The notes beneath the pieces were generated by a model. It worked only from the letters and a program-made list of their open reading frames with translations. It was not told the origin of the DNA and made no database searches. Below are positions 13,085 through 22,568 of a stretch of DNA of 64,000 nucleotides, in pieces; within the stretch, counting starts at the first letter, position 1, and each line of letters begins with the position of its first letter. The stretch is from Octopus sinensis (lineage: Eukaryota): contig NC_043002.1 of NCBI RefSeq assembly GCF_006345805.1, positions 88,536,001-88,600,000 of the forward strand, written 5' to 3'. Both the position numbers and the translations under genes were made by a program.

Positions 13085-13301
13085 GTAGTCTGGTGAAGGC
13101 TTCTGCCTGGCTGGCTTCTGTCAAACTGTCCCACTCATGCCAGCATGGAAGGCAGACATCAAAACACTGATGATGATGAAGATGATGATGATGATGATGA
13201 GGATGATGATGATGATGATGATGACGATGATGATGACGACGATGATGACGACAATAATGATGATGATGATGACGATGATGATGGTGATGATGATGGTGAT
13301 G

Positions 13302-13364
<63 letters not shown>

Positions 13365-13401
13365 ATGATTATGATGATTATGATGGTGGTGATGATGATG
13401 G

Positions 13402-13430
<29 letters not shown>
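13085..13430 (+). mobile_element. RTE-type 3' end with a very long (GAT/GAC/GGT)n tail
   Basis: CTGTCCCACTCATGCCAGCATGGAAGGCAGACATCAAAAC followed by about 265 bp of GAT-based repeat. Confidence 0.75.
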
Positions 13431-13432
<2 letters not shown>

Positions 13433-13847
13433 ATATATCCATATACATTATGCATTTTACTTACGCATATGTAGAATATAGATCATAAAACAAAAAAAAG
13501 TTGCAACTAGTAAACAGATAACAGGCCTAACAAAACTATGTGATGTAACAGCTTTTGTTTAAAAACAGCCACAACATAATATTTATTGCCAGGTAGAAGC
13601 TGTTACAAGAAACTAAACAGTAAAAATATGACAGTTTACAGGGTAAGGGATACAGCTACAGATGTAGTTACATGTACTGAGCCATTTAAATATTTAGCTG
13701 TATATTCCTTTATGTGTCTTTTGCTAAGCTTTTTAAGAATAACATATTTAGTTAATATGGATAACATGAGAGGGAATTCATCAGAAATCTCTCTAGAATC
13801 ATTTACAATATGACAAGGATCTCATTCGGAAATTCTATTTATTTATA

Positions 13848-13878
<31 letters not shown>

Positions 13879-14049
13879 TATATTTATTTATTCGAGCCAT
13901 TCTGGCTTTCTTCTGATAATCAATATAATTGTTTGATCTGCTTTTGGTTTTAAATAAATATGCAGTAATGACAGATTTATAGATAGTGTTTTCATACATC
14001 AAAGCATAAATTATGTGTAAGCCTATGCAAACATATCCAAATATATGTA

Positions 14050-14069
14050 AGATGGATAGATAGATAGAT

Positions 14070-14100
<31 letters not shown>

Positions 14101-14318
14101 TAGAGAGATAGATTGACTGACAGACAGACAGTCAGACAAATGGATGGACAGACAGACAAACAGACAGATAGACTGACAGATGGATAGATAGATAGATAGA
14201 TAGATAGAATAGATAGATAGATAGATAGATAGATATAGATAGATATAGATAGATAGATAGATAGACAGATATACATATATAGATAGATAGATAGATAGAT
14301 AGATATAGATAGATAGAT

Positions 14319-14373
<55 letters not shown>

Positions 14374-14392
14374 TTTAGATATAGTTATTGAT
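14050..14392. repeat. (TAGA)n/(CAGA)n/(GA)n microsatellite
   Basis: Visible. Confidence 0.95.
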
Positions 14393-14414
14393 ATATACAG
14401 ACACACAGACACAT

Positions 14415-14550
14415 GTCATCATCATCATCATCATTGTTTAATGTCTACTTCTCCATGTTTGCATGGAGCAGACAGAATTTGTTAAGGCAGATTTTCAATG
14501 ACCAGATGTCTTTCCAGTCACTCAACACTCACCTGTTTCTATGTTTCCGT
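14415..14550 (-). mobile_element. Degenerate RTE-type 3' end with (GAT)n tail
   Basis: CATCATCAT...TTTAATGTCTACTTCTCCATGTTTGCATGG resembles the 598-785 junction. Confidence 0.55.
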
Positions 14551-14782
14551 AGAAGGCTGGGAATGTACAACACCACTTGCTTGATGGCAGCACTTTTTTT
14601 TTGCAACAATCACATACTACCAAGACAAAGAGACACAAACAACTGACCAAACACAAATTCATGCTCACAGACAAACACACTCATAAACCAAAATATATTC
14701 ATATGCATATACACATATGACTATCTTCTTTCTGTTACCATCTACCAAATCTATTGACAAGGCTTTCATCAGTCTATTTTTT

Positions 14783-15089
14783 TTTGTTTGTTTGTTCCTT
14801 CTCGAGCCATGCCTGGCTCATAAGGGCCGGTATTCCGGTTTTTTGGCGTATAGGTACCCCACCTGGACAGGATGCCGGTCCGTTGCAGGTGAGCTGCAAG
14901 ATGCAGGAGGAAAGAGTGAGAGAATGTTGTGGCAAAAGAGTCTGCAGAAGTTTCACCATTACCTTCTGCTGGAGCCGCGTTGACTTAGGTGTTTCGCTCA
15001 TAAACACACACATCGCCCGGTCTGAGATTCGAACCCATGATCCCTCGACCATGAGTCCGCTGCTCTAACCACTAGGCCATGTGCCTCCA
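14783..15089 (-). mobile_element. tRNA-derived SINE, family B
   Basis: TGGCCTAGTGG A box, GGTTCGAATCT B box, shares head and centre with family A but has a different tail (...CCTGTCCAGG...GAGCCAGGCATGGCTCGAGAAGGAACAAAC); second copy at 38761. Confidence 0.88.
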
Positions 15090-15104
15090 CTCATAAGTCT
15101 ATGG

Positions 15105-15620
15105 CTAGCTGGCAGAAGCGTTCGCACGCCGGGCGAAATGCTCAGCAGTATTTCGTCTGTCGTTACGTTCTGGGTTCAAACACCGCCGAGGTCGACTTTG
15201 CCTTTCATCCTTTCGGGGTCGATAAATAAAGTACCAGTTGCGTTGGGGTCGATGTAGTTGACTTAATCCCTTTGTCTGTCTTTGTTTGTCCCCTCTATGT
15301 TTAGCCCCTTGTGGGCAATAAAGAAATATATAGTAGAAGACATTTGCTCAAGGTGGCATGCAGTGAGACTGATTCTGAAAACATGTGGCTACAATATTAC
15401 ATATAGATAAGGTATCAAGCTGGCAGAAGTGTTAGTATGCTGGGCAAAATGCTTAGTGGTATTTCGTCTGTCTTTACATTCTGAGTTCAAATTCCGCCGA
15501 GGTCAACTTTGCCTTTCATCCTTTCAGGCTCGATAAATTAAGTAGCAGTTGCACACTGGGGTCAATCTAATTGACTGGCCCATTCCCCCAAAATTTCAGG
15601 CCTAGAGCAGAAAAGAATAT
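15105..15620 (+). mobile_element. Two SINE family C copies (15105-15328, 15413-15620) separated by a minus-strand family D fragment
   Basis: Well-preserved GCTGGCAGAAGCGTT...GTCGACTTTGCCTTTCATCCTTTCGGGGTCGATAAATAAAGTACCAG. Confidence 0.88.
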
Positions 15621-16454
15621 TACCTATTCATACATACATACATACATACATTCGTTTATTCTTCTACTTGTTTCAGTCATTTGATTGCGGCCATGCTGGA
15701 GCACAATTCTGAGGTCTGTGGCTAAGGGAGGCAACTCTGCCTGAACATTCTGTGTAGAGTTTTACCAGGGAATGAAAATTCAAAGACATACCATCAGCTT
15801 TATTAGTATTATTCAGTAGATAACCTTTTAATGTGATGTATGTTTGTGTTTTGTTTAGCCCAGAGTTGCCTCTGATATAGCAGACCCATCGAGTAGTTTT
15901 TTTATTTCCTGAAATACTGAAAATCTGTGTCTTTTTTTTTTATGAAAGGATGTGTTTTAAGAGAGATTTGGATGCAATTTGTAGTAGCTCAAGTTACCAC
16001 ACACACACTTGTGTGTGTGTGTTTTGTTGTGGTGGAAAAAATACTTTTTCTCAGAATATTTTACATGATAATTTTTAAAGAAATCTGGACATCTTTCTTA
16101 TGGCTAACCATTCAACTTAAAATTAAAATTGTTAGTTGTTGGAAGTCAAGTAGACAGAGATGTACATATAGTGTTACCCGTACAGAGTGGAAGATCAATA
16201 TAAAGTTTTGAACTCGTTATCTTAAATTTGAAACCATTAAGTCTTTAAACATTATTTTGCTGGGCTTGGTCTTTTGACTGTTATGATGATGGAGTATCAC
16301 CTTCAAGAATTTAATTGATCATACTGACCTCAGTATGTATTTCAATCTGGCATTTATTTTATAGATCCCTGCTTGATGAACTGCTAACTCTGAGACATAG
16401 TGGGACTCAATACTTGATTTAACAACAAATGTAAACGCACACACACACACATAT

Positions 16455-16615
16455 TAGGTGCAAGAATGACTGTGTGGTTGAGAAATTTGCTTCCCAACCA
16501 CATGGTTCCACATTCAGTCCCTTTGCATGATACCTTGGGAAAGTGTTTTCTACTATAGCCTTGGGCCAACCACAGACTTGTGACTGAATTTGGCAGATGG
16601 AAATTGCGGTGTCAT
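16455..16615 (+). mobile_element. SINE family D (CORE-like) head
   Basis: CTGTGTGGTTGAGAA...CCACATGGTTCC..TTCAGTCCC...CCTTGGGAAAGTGTTTTCTACTATAGCC; further copies at 17003-17155, 50270-50400 (minus) and 63525-63620. Confidence 0.7.
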
Positions 16616-16731
16616 TCATCAGAAAATGACCAAAAAGCATGTTTATGAAGAAGAGGCGTTTGCTTCATACTCCTTGTGTGCCAGTTCTCCCATAAGTAAG
16701 GAACAAATGATACAATGTGGCTGTAGATCAT

Positions 16732-16762
16732 AGCCCCAGGCAACGCCAAAGTGCATTGCTAG
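16732..16762 (+). mobile_element. Isolated Helitron-like 3' terminus
   Basis: CCCCAGGCAACGCCAAAGTGCATTGCTAG|T resembles the ends at 47942, 48270 and 62811. Confidence 0.45.
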
Positions 16763-16790
16763 TATATAGAGAGAGAAAGAGAAAGAGGGG

Positions 16791-17001
16791 GAGGAGTATT
16801 GAAAAGTTCCTGACTTTGGGTAACAGAAAATACAGGAATATCAGTTAATTATGATTCTATTCAGCATATTGCCCCCCTCAGAGTCACATGGCTATTGCAG
16901 TGGTCCATCTTTTTCGAAGTCCTGTAAAAGAACTTAGAAGGTTGGCTCTCCAGCCAGGCCTTTCGCGATACTCTTAAAGCCAGGAACTTTTCAGCACCAC
17001 C
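16791..17001. mobile_element. Mariner-type MITE, about 210 bp
   Basis: TIRs G(T/A)..TGAAAAGTTCCTG(A/G)CTTT / AAAGCCAGGAACTTTTCAGCACC; second copy at 54957-55172. Confidence 0.8.
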
Positions 17002-17002
17002 A

Positions 17003-17155
17003 TGCGTCTGTGTGGTAAGAAGCTTGCTTCCTAATCACATGCTTCAGGGTTCAGTCTCACTGCATTGCACCTTGAGCATATGTCTTTTTCTATAGCCTCA
17101 GGCTGACCAAACCCTTGTGAGTGGATTAGATGGATGGAAACTGAAAGAAGCTTAT
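17003..17155 (+). mobile_element. SINE family D head
   Basis: Homologous to 16455-16615, ending GGAAACTGAAAGAAGC. Confidence 0.7.
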
Positions 17156-17192
17156 CAAATGTATGCATATATATATATATATATATATATAT

Positions 17193-17648
17193 ACAAAGTC
17201 AAATGCGATACAATAAAATTAATTATTATCGCCGGTGTTCTAGGACACGCCATATATTATTCATATATAAGTACATTAAAAGGCGAAGTGTGTACTAGAT
17301 ACACAAAAGCTGGATAAATTTAATGAGATGAAAATTAAAAACTTTTACAAACTTAGTTCTTCTTAGACTGCAGTTTCGCCTATTTCAGCAATAAAAATAA
17401 TATTTATTTACTCAGGTAGGCTCTTCAGTAAGATTCCTGTTATTATGGGAAGCGCACATCAATAGAGGCACGTGCGTCTATTAAATTGCTCTTTCTAAAC
17501 TATTCAAATCACTGCGCAGACTCAGAACGTACCCGACAAAATAGGGTTTTCTGGTATATCGTCTAACGTTCAAAAATTTATCGAGAAAATACGTAAACAA
17601 AGTCAAATGTGATACAATAAAATTAATTATTATCGCCGGTGTTCTAGG

Positions 17649-17652
<4 letters not shown>
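17193..17652 (-). mobile_element. PLE-type/retrozyme-like element: 404-bp unit plus 56-bp terminal direct repeat, between (TA)n tracts
   Basis: 17193-17248 repeated at 17597-17652 with one mismatch; contains a hammerhead motif. Confidence 0.75.
17361..17433 (-). ncRNA. Minimal type-I hammerhead ribozyme with canonical core
   Basis: 5'-TCTTA CTGAAGA GCCTA[34 nt]TAGGC GAAA CTGCAG TC^TAAGA-3': stems I and II pair perfectly, palindromic stem III (ACTGCAGT), GUC cleavage triplet. Confidence 0.85.
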
Positions 17653-17705
<53 letters not shown>

Positions 17706-17735
17706 TACATATACATATATATATATGTATGTATG

Positions 17736-17778
<43 letters not shown>

Positions 17779-17934
17779 TCATTCTTTTATGAATTTCAGC
17801 TCCAAGGCCTTGTCTATGTGGGGTACAGCCAGTGAAAAGGAAAGGCAAAGTCAACTCAGAACATAATGAGTCAAAAGAAAAATATATCATTAGTTATTCT
17901 TCCTGATGTGCCACCAACCTGCCACCATACTAAT

Positions 17935-18110
17935 ATATATAGCTGAAATTGCGAGAACGATCCGGTTCTTGACTGAAGATTAGAGGCTTTGAATGACCCA
18001 TCCGTGTTTTTTGTATTTGAATGTTTTGCGTTCTTGTCCTATTTTGTATTTTCATATATATATATATACACATAAATTTTGAACAATGAGAATGAGTGCT
18101 CAACTCTACA
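17935..18110 (+). repeat. Dispersed PLE-like terminal repeat (second copy 60660-60790, minus)
   Basis: GAAATTGC..GA..GATCCGGTTCTTGACTGA(A/T)GA shared between both copies, both starting at a (TA)n tract. Confidence 0.55.
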
Positions 18111-18239
18111 TTAGTGGATAAACTTTTTTTTATTAGTGTATTAAGGCTACCATTCATTTCATGTTAAGGAATTATAGACAAACACGATTACGCCATGTGA
18201 TCGGCTTGAAAAATTGTACACAAATATATATATATGTAC

Positions 18240-18310
18240 ATATTGGGAGAGTTCACGAAAAAAACAAAAGACAAAGACAGGTGGTGTACAAAACAAACAG
18301 ATGTATTAGT
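18240..18310 (-). repeat. Left part of a PLE-type hammerhead-bearing repeat interrupted by the LTR element (continues 22569-22700)
   Basis: Joining ...GATGTATTAGT to ATAACACTCAGGAA... reconstitutes the uninterrupted paralogue at 60830-60995 (ATTGTATTAGTATGGCGCTCAGGAA). Confidence 0.75.
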
Positions 18311-18587
18311 TGTGGTGTGGTGATGAGGGAGTGTGACAGAGAGGGAGGGAGCGGAAGTGGGTCTTGCAGGTCTCGCAGGGCGCATGCGCCAGCGGAAGCG
18401 GAAGTGAGAGACAGAACGCACGTGCGGCATCGACCAGGGCAGTCAGACTCGAGAACGACGCCAAGACGACAAGACGCTAGCAAGTTGGCTCAAGGCGAAT
18501 CCGGCTTCATCTCTACAGGTAAGACCAAATTACACTTCTAATTCTTTTCCTTGTTCTGTTACGCTCCTTTTCACCACACTTATCACA
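18311..18587 (+). repeat. 5' LTR (277 bp)
   Basis: Identical to 22292-22568 except two substitutions. Confidence 0.97.
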
Positions 18588-18599
18588 AGCTATTTCGGC
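18588..18599 (+). promoter_or_regulatory. Non-canonical primer-binding site AGCTATTTCGGC, complementary to nt 1-12 of tRNA-Phe(GAA)
   Basis: Abuts the LTR end; reverse complement GCCGAAATAGCT equals the conserved 5' end of metazoan cytosolic tRNA-Phe (recalled sequence); no TGG start. Confidence 0.75.
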
Positions 18600-18640
18600 A
18601 AAATAATCACTCGGTTTCGTGAAAATAAAAAATAAAAATT

Positions 18641-19396
18641 ATGCAGACTGCTATGATTTCGCGCGACCCTATAACACCGTTTTGCGGCGACACCGACGTG
18701 GTCGCTTGGTTGAGGAGGGTGAAGTTGGTGGCGAAGCTACACGGCATAGCTGACCTGGCTAGTTTTATGCCGTTGTATTTGGATGGCCCGGCGTTGGCGT
18801 TATATCTGGAGATGGAGGAAGCGGACCAACGCAGCGCGGACAAGGTGGAGATCCGACTTATGGAGGCCTTCGCGGAAGGAATGTTCGAAGCGTACACTCG
18901 ACTGGGTAGGATGAGGTGGACAGGACAGCAGGTGGACGTGTTCACCGGCGAGCTTAGAAGGTTGGCAAAACTTGCGGGATATGAGGGAGAGTCGCTAGAA
19001 CGCACGGTCAGGTTAGCGTTCGTGACCGGCTTTCCCGACATCATGTCGGTCGAGCTACAGAAGCTCCCGAACGTGCGTTCGATGCCGATGGCCGAGATTA
19101 TATCGCGGGCACGTGTACTGGTGTCGTGCAGCAGGTCGACGTCGGTAGCAGCGACTGCAACGTCGAAAAGTGGCCCAGCTAGGAGCAACGGAGAGGGGCT
19201 GGGGAAAGAACGCGTGCGGTCGTTTAAGGGACAGTGTTTCCGGTGCCAGGGCCCACACATGGTCCGTGACTGCGCGTCGCCCAAGCCCGAGGTGATTTGC
19301 TACCGGTGCCGAGAGCCGGGGCATGTGGCCAGCGAGTGTCTGCGGGGAAACGGACCGCGGGAGACTACTGCGCCGGTAGTTGTCCCTTTGGATTAG
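18641..19396 (+). CDS. gag: Gag (capsid-like region plus two zinc knuckles), 251 aa
   Basis: Intact ORF; CFRCQGPHMVRDC and CYRCREPGHVASEC. Confidence 0.92.
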   Translation: MQTAMISRDPITPFCGDTDVVAWLRRVKLVAKLHGIADLASFMPLYLDGPALALYLEMEEADQRSADKVEIRLMEAFAEGMFEAYTRLGRMRWTGQQVDVFTGELRRLAKLAGYEGESLERTVRLAFVTGFPDIMSVELQKLPNVRSMPMAEIISRARVLVSCSRSTSVAATATSKSGPARSNGEGLGKERVRSFKGQCFRCQGPHMVRDCASPKPEVICYRCREPGHVASECLRGNGPRETTAPVVVPLD

Positions 19397-19406
19397 TAGC
19401 GGCGCG
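19345..19406 (+). promoter_or_regulatory. -1 programmed ribosomal frameshift signal (slippery G GGA AAC plus H-type pseudoknot)
   Basis: Heptamer 19345-19351 is in the gag frame; 7-nt spacer; stem 1 19359-19368/19376-19386; loop GCGCCG pairs with CGGCGC at 19400-19405; the protease N-terminus lies in the -1 frame. Confidence 0.85.
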
Positions 19407-22255
19407 TTTCTCATCGTTACCTGTGGTCGACATTCTGGTGAAGGGGAAGATGTCGCGAGCCCTGGTGGACACGGCTGTACGACGACCCTGATGACCACAG
19501 AAGTGGCAGAGACGTGGAGTGGAGGAAGCAGTGTCAGGGCAGTCGACGGAAGAGAAGTGCACTGCGAAGGGGTTACGGATGCGCAGATCGTGGTGCAGGG
19601 ACTGCAGCTGACGTTGCGAGCGATTGTGGTCGGTCACTTGGTGGACGAGATCGACGTGGTGATGGGGATGGATGCGATCACCCGTCTGGGAGGTGTTACC
19701 GTCAACGAGGCTGGCGTAACGTTTGGGCTAGCAGGGAAGCCGTGTAGGGCGACAACACGCACCGACGACAACCGTGAGGAAATGGATGCGGCGCACACCA
19801 TTGAAGACCAGGATTTTCGGGCTGTCTTTGATGGCGAGAGGTGGACAGTGGAGTGGCACTGGAAGGGAGAGCCCCCGATGTTAAAGAACAAAGTGGGCTG
19901 CTATCAGCATACTCTAAAAGGAGATGCCAGAAGTGAGTTCGAGGGGGAGGTGGAGCGGTGGATTAAGGAGGGCATACTGATCCCCTGGGAAAAAGAAGAG
20001 AGCGGAGTCCTGCCACTGATGGCGGTGATACAGCCCACAAAGCGTAAGGTCAGGCCAGTGCTCGACTTCCGAGAGCTGAATGACCACGTGTCGTGTCATA
20101 CAGGCGGCGAGGCCACGGATGTCTGCGGAGACACCTTGCGAGAGTGGAGGCAGACGGCGGGGGCCTCCACGATTGTCGATTTGAAGTCGGCATACCTTCA
20201 GGTTCATGTGGCTGAGAAACTATGGAGGTACCAGCTCGTCAGGTATAGGGGCCGGACGTACTGTCTGACCAGGTTGGGATTCGGGCTGAATTCAGCTCCG
20301 AAGATTATGGCAACAATTCTCAAGGCCGTCCTGGGGAAGGTGGACAGAGTAAAAAGGGCCACCAATTCATACATCGACGACATTCTGGTGGATGAAACCG
20401 TGATACCAGCAACGGAGGTCATAGGCCACCTGAAGAGTTTTGGACTGATCGCCAAGCCGCCAGAGGCTATGGAGGGAGGTGCTGCACTGGGCCTCAAGCT
20501 ATGGAGAGACAAAGCCGGCGCCTTGGTGTTCCGGCGAGGGAATGAGATCCCTGAACTGGGCGCCAGCATGAGTAGACGGGAGCTGTTCTCTGTGTGTGGG
20601 AAGCTGGTGGGACACTACCCGATTGCAGGCTGGCTCCGGACAGCATGCAGCTTCATCAAGAGACGAGCCGAAGGAGTGAAGTGGAATGATAAAGTGGGGG
20701 AGAGGACGATCGACATGATGCAGGAAGTCCTGGTCAGAGTAAGAGCAGAGGACCCGGTGAGGGGCAGCTGGTACGTTCCAAATCAAAGAGCGGGATCGTA
20801 TGGTGTGACGCCAGTAGCATCGCAATAGGGATTGTCTTGGAAGTGGGAGGTGTCACGGTGGAAGATGCAGCCTGGCTCAGGAAGATGGATGACTGCAGTC
20901 ACATCAACGTGGCGGAGTTGGAAGCCGTGCTGAAGGGGGTGAACCTAGCCTTGAAGTGGGGGTTGCACACCATAGAAATCAGGACTGATTCAGCCACTGT
21001 ACTTGGTTGGGCGACGGCAGTCATCACCGATGAGCGGAGGGTGCGGACCAAAGGGGCTGCAGAGATGCTGGTAAAGCGTCGATTGGGGATACTGCGTGAA
21101 CTGACCACTGAGTTCAATCTGAAGCTGAGCGTGATCTTTGTGCCTTCCGAGAAGAACAGGGCGGACGTCCTGACCAGGGTTAAGCGAGCCTGGTTGCAAG
21201 TGCCAGAGGACGCGAAGCAGGATGTAGCTGCAGTATGCCATCTGAGCGACTCGGAGTTGCGAAGACTGCACACCATGCATCACATGGGTGTGGACAGGAC
21301 GTTGTTCCTGGCCAGAAAAGTCGACTCCGACGTAACAAGACAGAGCGTGCGGAGAGTGGTTAGCAGTTGTGACAGGTGCCAGTCCATCGACCCTGCTCCG
21401 GTCGTGCATGAAGCGGGAAGTATTCCAGTGGACCAGGACTGGAGACGACTGGCGGTGGACATAACACACTACCGGCAGGGGACATACCTCTCAATGGTTG
21501 ACTGCGGACCGGGGCGGTTCGCCATATGGAGGGAGATGAGGTCAGGAACCGCAGAAGAAATTGCGAAAGTGCTGAACGAGATATTCCTGGAACGAGGCCC
21601 CATGGATGAACTGCTTCTGGACAACAGCACTGCATTTCGCTCGGAGGCGCTGAGAGAAATGCTTGATGAGTGGAAGGTCAACCGCTTCTTCAGGGCGGCA
21701 TACCAGCCAAGTGGAAACGGGGTGGTGGAAAGGCATCATCGTACCATCAAGGCCATGGCTGAGAGGGGTCACATTTCACCAGTCGAGGCCGTGTTTTGGT
21801 ACAACATGTCGCCCAGATCAGGACAGGCCGAGGAGTCGGTGCCACACAGGGCAATATTCAGGTACGAGTGGAGGCATCCATTTACTACATCAATGCGACC
21901 CGGGGCAGAGGAAGAGCACGCCTTCGTGCAGGTCGGGGAGGAAGTCTGGGTGAAACCCCCGAACGCATGGTGTACATCGCAATGGGGAAAGGGGACAATA
22001 ACCTCCGTAAATTCAAAGAATAACATCTCGGTAGATGGTATGCCACGCCACGTTTTGGACATACGGAGGATTGTCCATGCCCCGGAGGATGGGACAAGCA
22101 ACAGTGGGCAAGACGATAACAACAGACAGGATGACGAGGTCGGCAGCAACACGCCAGAAACAAGTCCTAGGGTCGCACTGCGACCACAGAGGGAGCGGCA
22201 CCCTCCTCCCTGGTTGGCTGACTATGAAACCAGTTTCAGGTGCGGGAGCGAGTGA
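19351..22255 (+). CDS. pol: Pol (aspartic protease, RT, RNase H, DDE integrase); two single-base frame breaks at about 19469 and 20780
   Basis: LVDT(G)C; VRPVLDFRELN, DLKSAYLQ, YCLTRLGFGLNSAP, YIDD; WCDAS, HINVAELEAV, IRTDS; HHMGVDRT..CDRC, DITHY, LLLDN, ERHHR. Confidence 0.9.
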
Positions 22256-22282
22256 GGAAGCCGGTTCAGTGATCTATAGATC

Positions 22283-22291
22283 AGGGGGGCG
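22283..22291 (+). promoter_or_regulatory. Polypurine tract
   Basis: AGGGGGGCG immediately 5' of the 3' LTR. Confidence 0.8.
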
Positions 22292-22568
22292 TGTGGTGTG
22301 GTGATGAGGGAGTGTGACAGAGAGGGAGGGAGTGGAAGTGGGTCTTGCAGGTCTCGCAGGGCGCATGCGCCGGCGGAAGCGGAAGTGAGAGACAGAACGC
22401 ACGTGCGGCATCGACCAGGGCAGTCAGACTCGAGAACGACGCCAAGACGACAAGACGCTAGCAAGTTGGCTCAAGGCGAATCCGGCTTCATCTCTACAGG
22501 TAAGACCAAATTACACTTCTAATTCTTTTCCTTGTTCTGTTACGCTCCTTTTCACCACACTTATCACA
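22292..22568 (+). repeat. 3' LTR (277 bp)
   Basis: See 5' LTR. Confidence 0.97.

Larger units (their letters stand above)
18311..22568 (+). mobile_element. Full-length Ty3/Gypsy-type LTR retrotransposon, 4258 bp, recent insertion
   Basis: TG...CA LTRs, 5-bp TSD TTAGT (18306-18310, 22569-22573), gag then PR-RT-RH-IN order, PPT. Confidence 0.97.

Noticed and set aside
18588-18599. Tf1-type self-priming as the explanation for the non-TGG PBS
   Set aside because: The 277-bp LTR contains no GCCGAAATAGCT or close variant to pair with the PBS.
18607-22522. Many antisense and alternate-frame ORFs over the LTR element
   Set aside because: Expected shadow ORFs in GC-rich coding DNA; no recognisable motifs.
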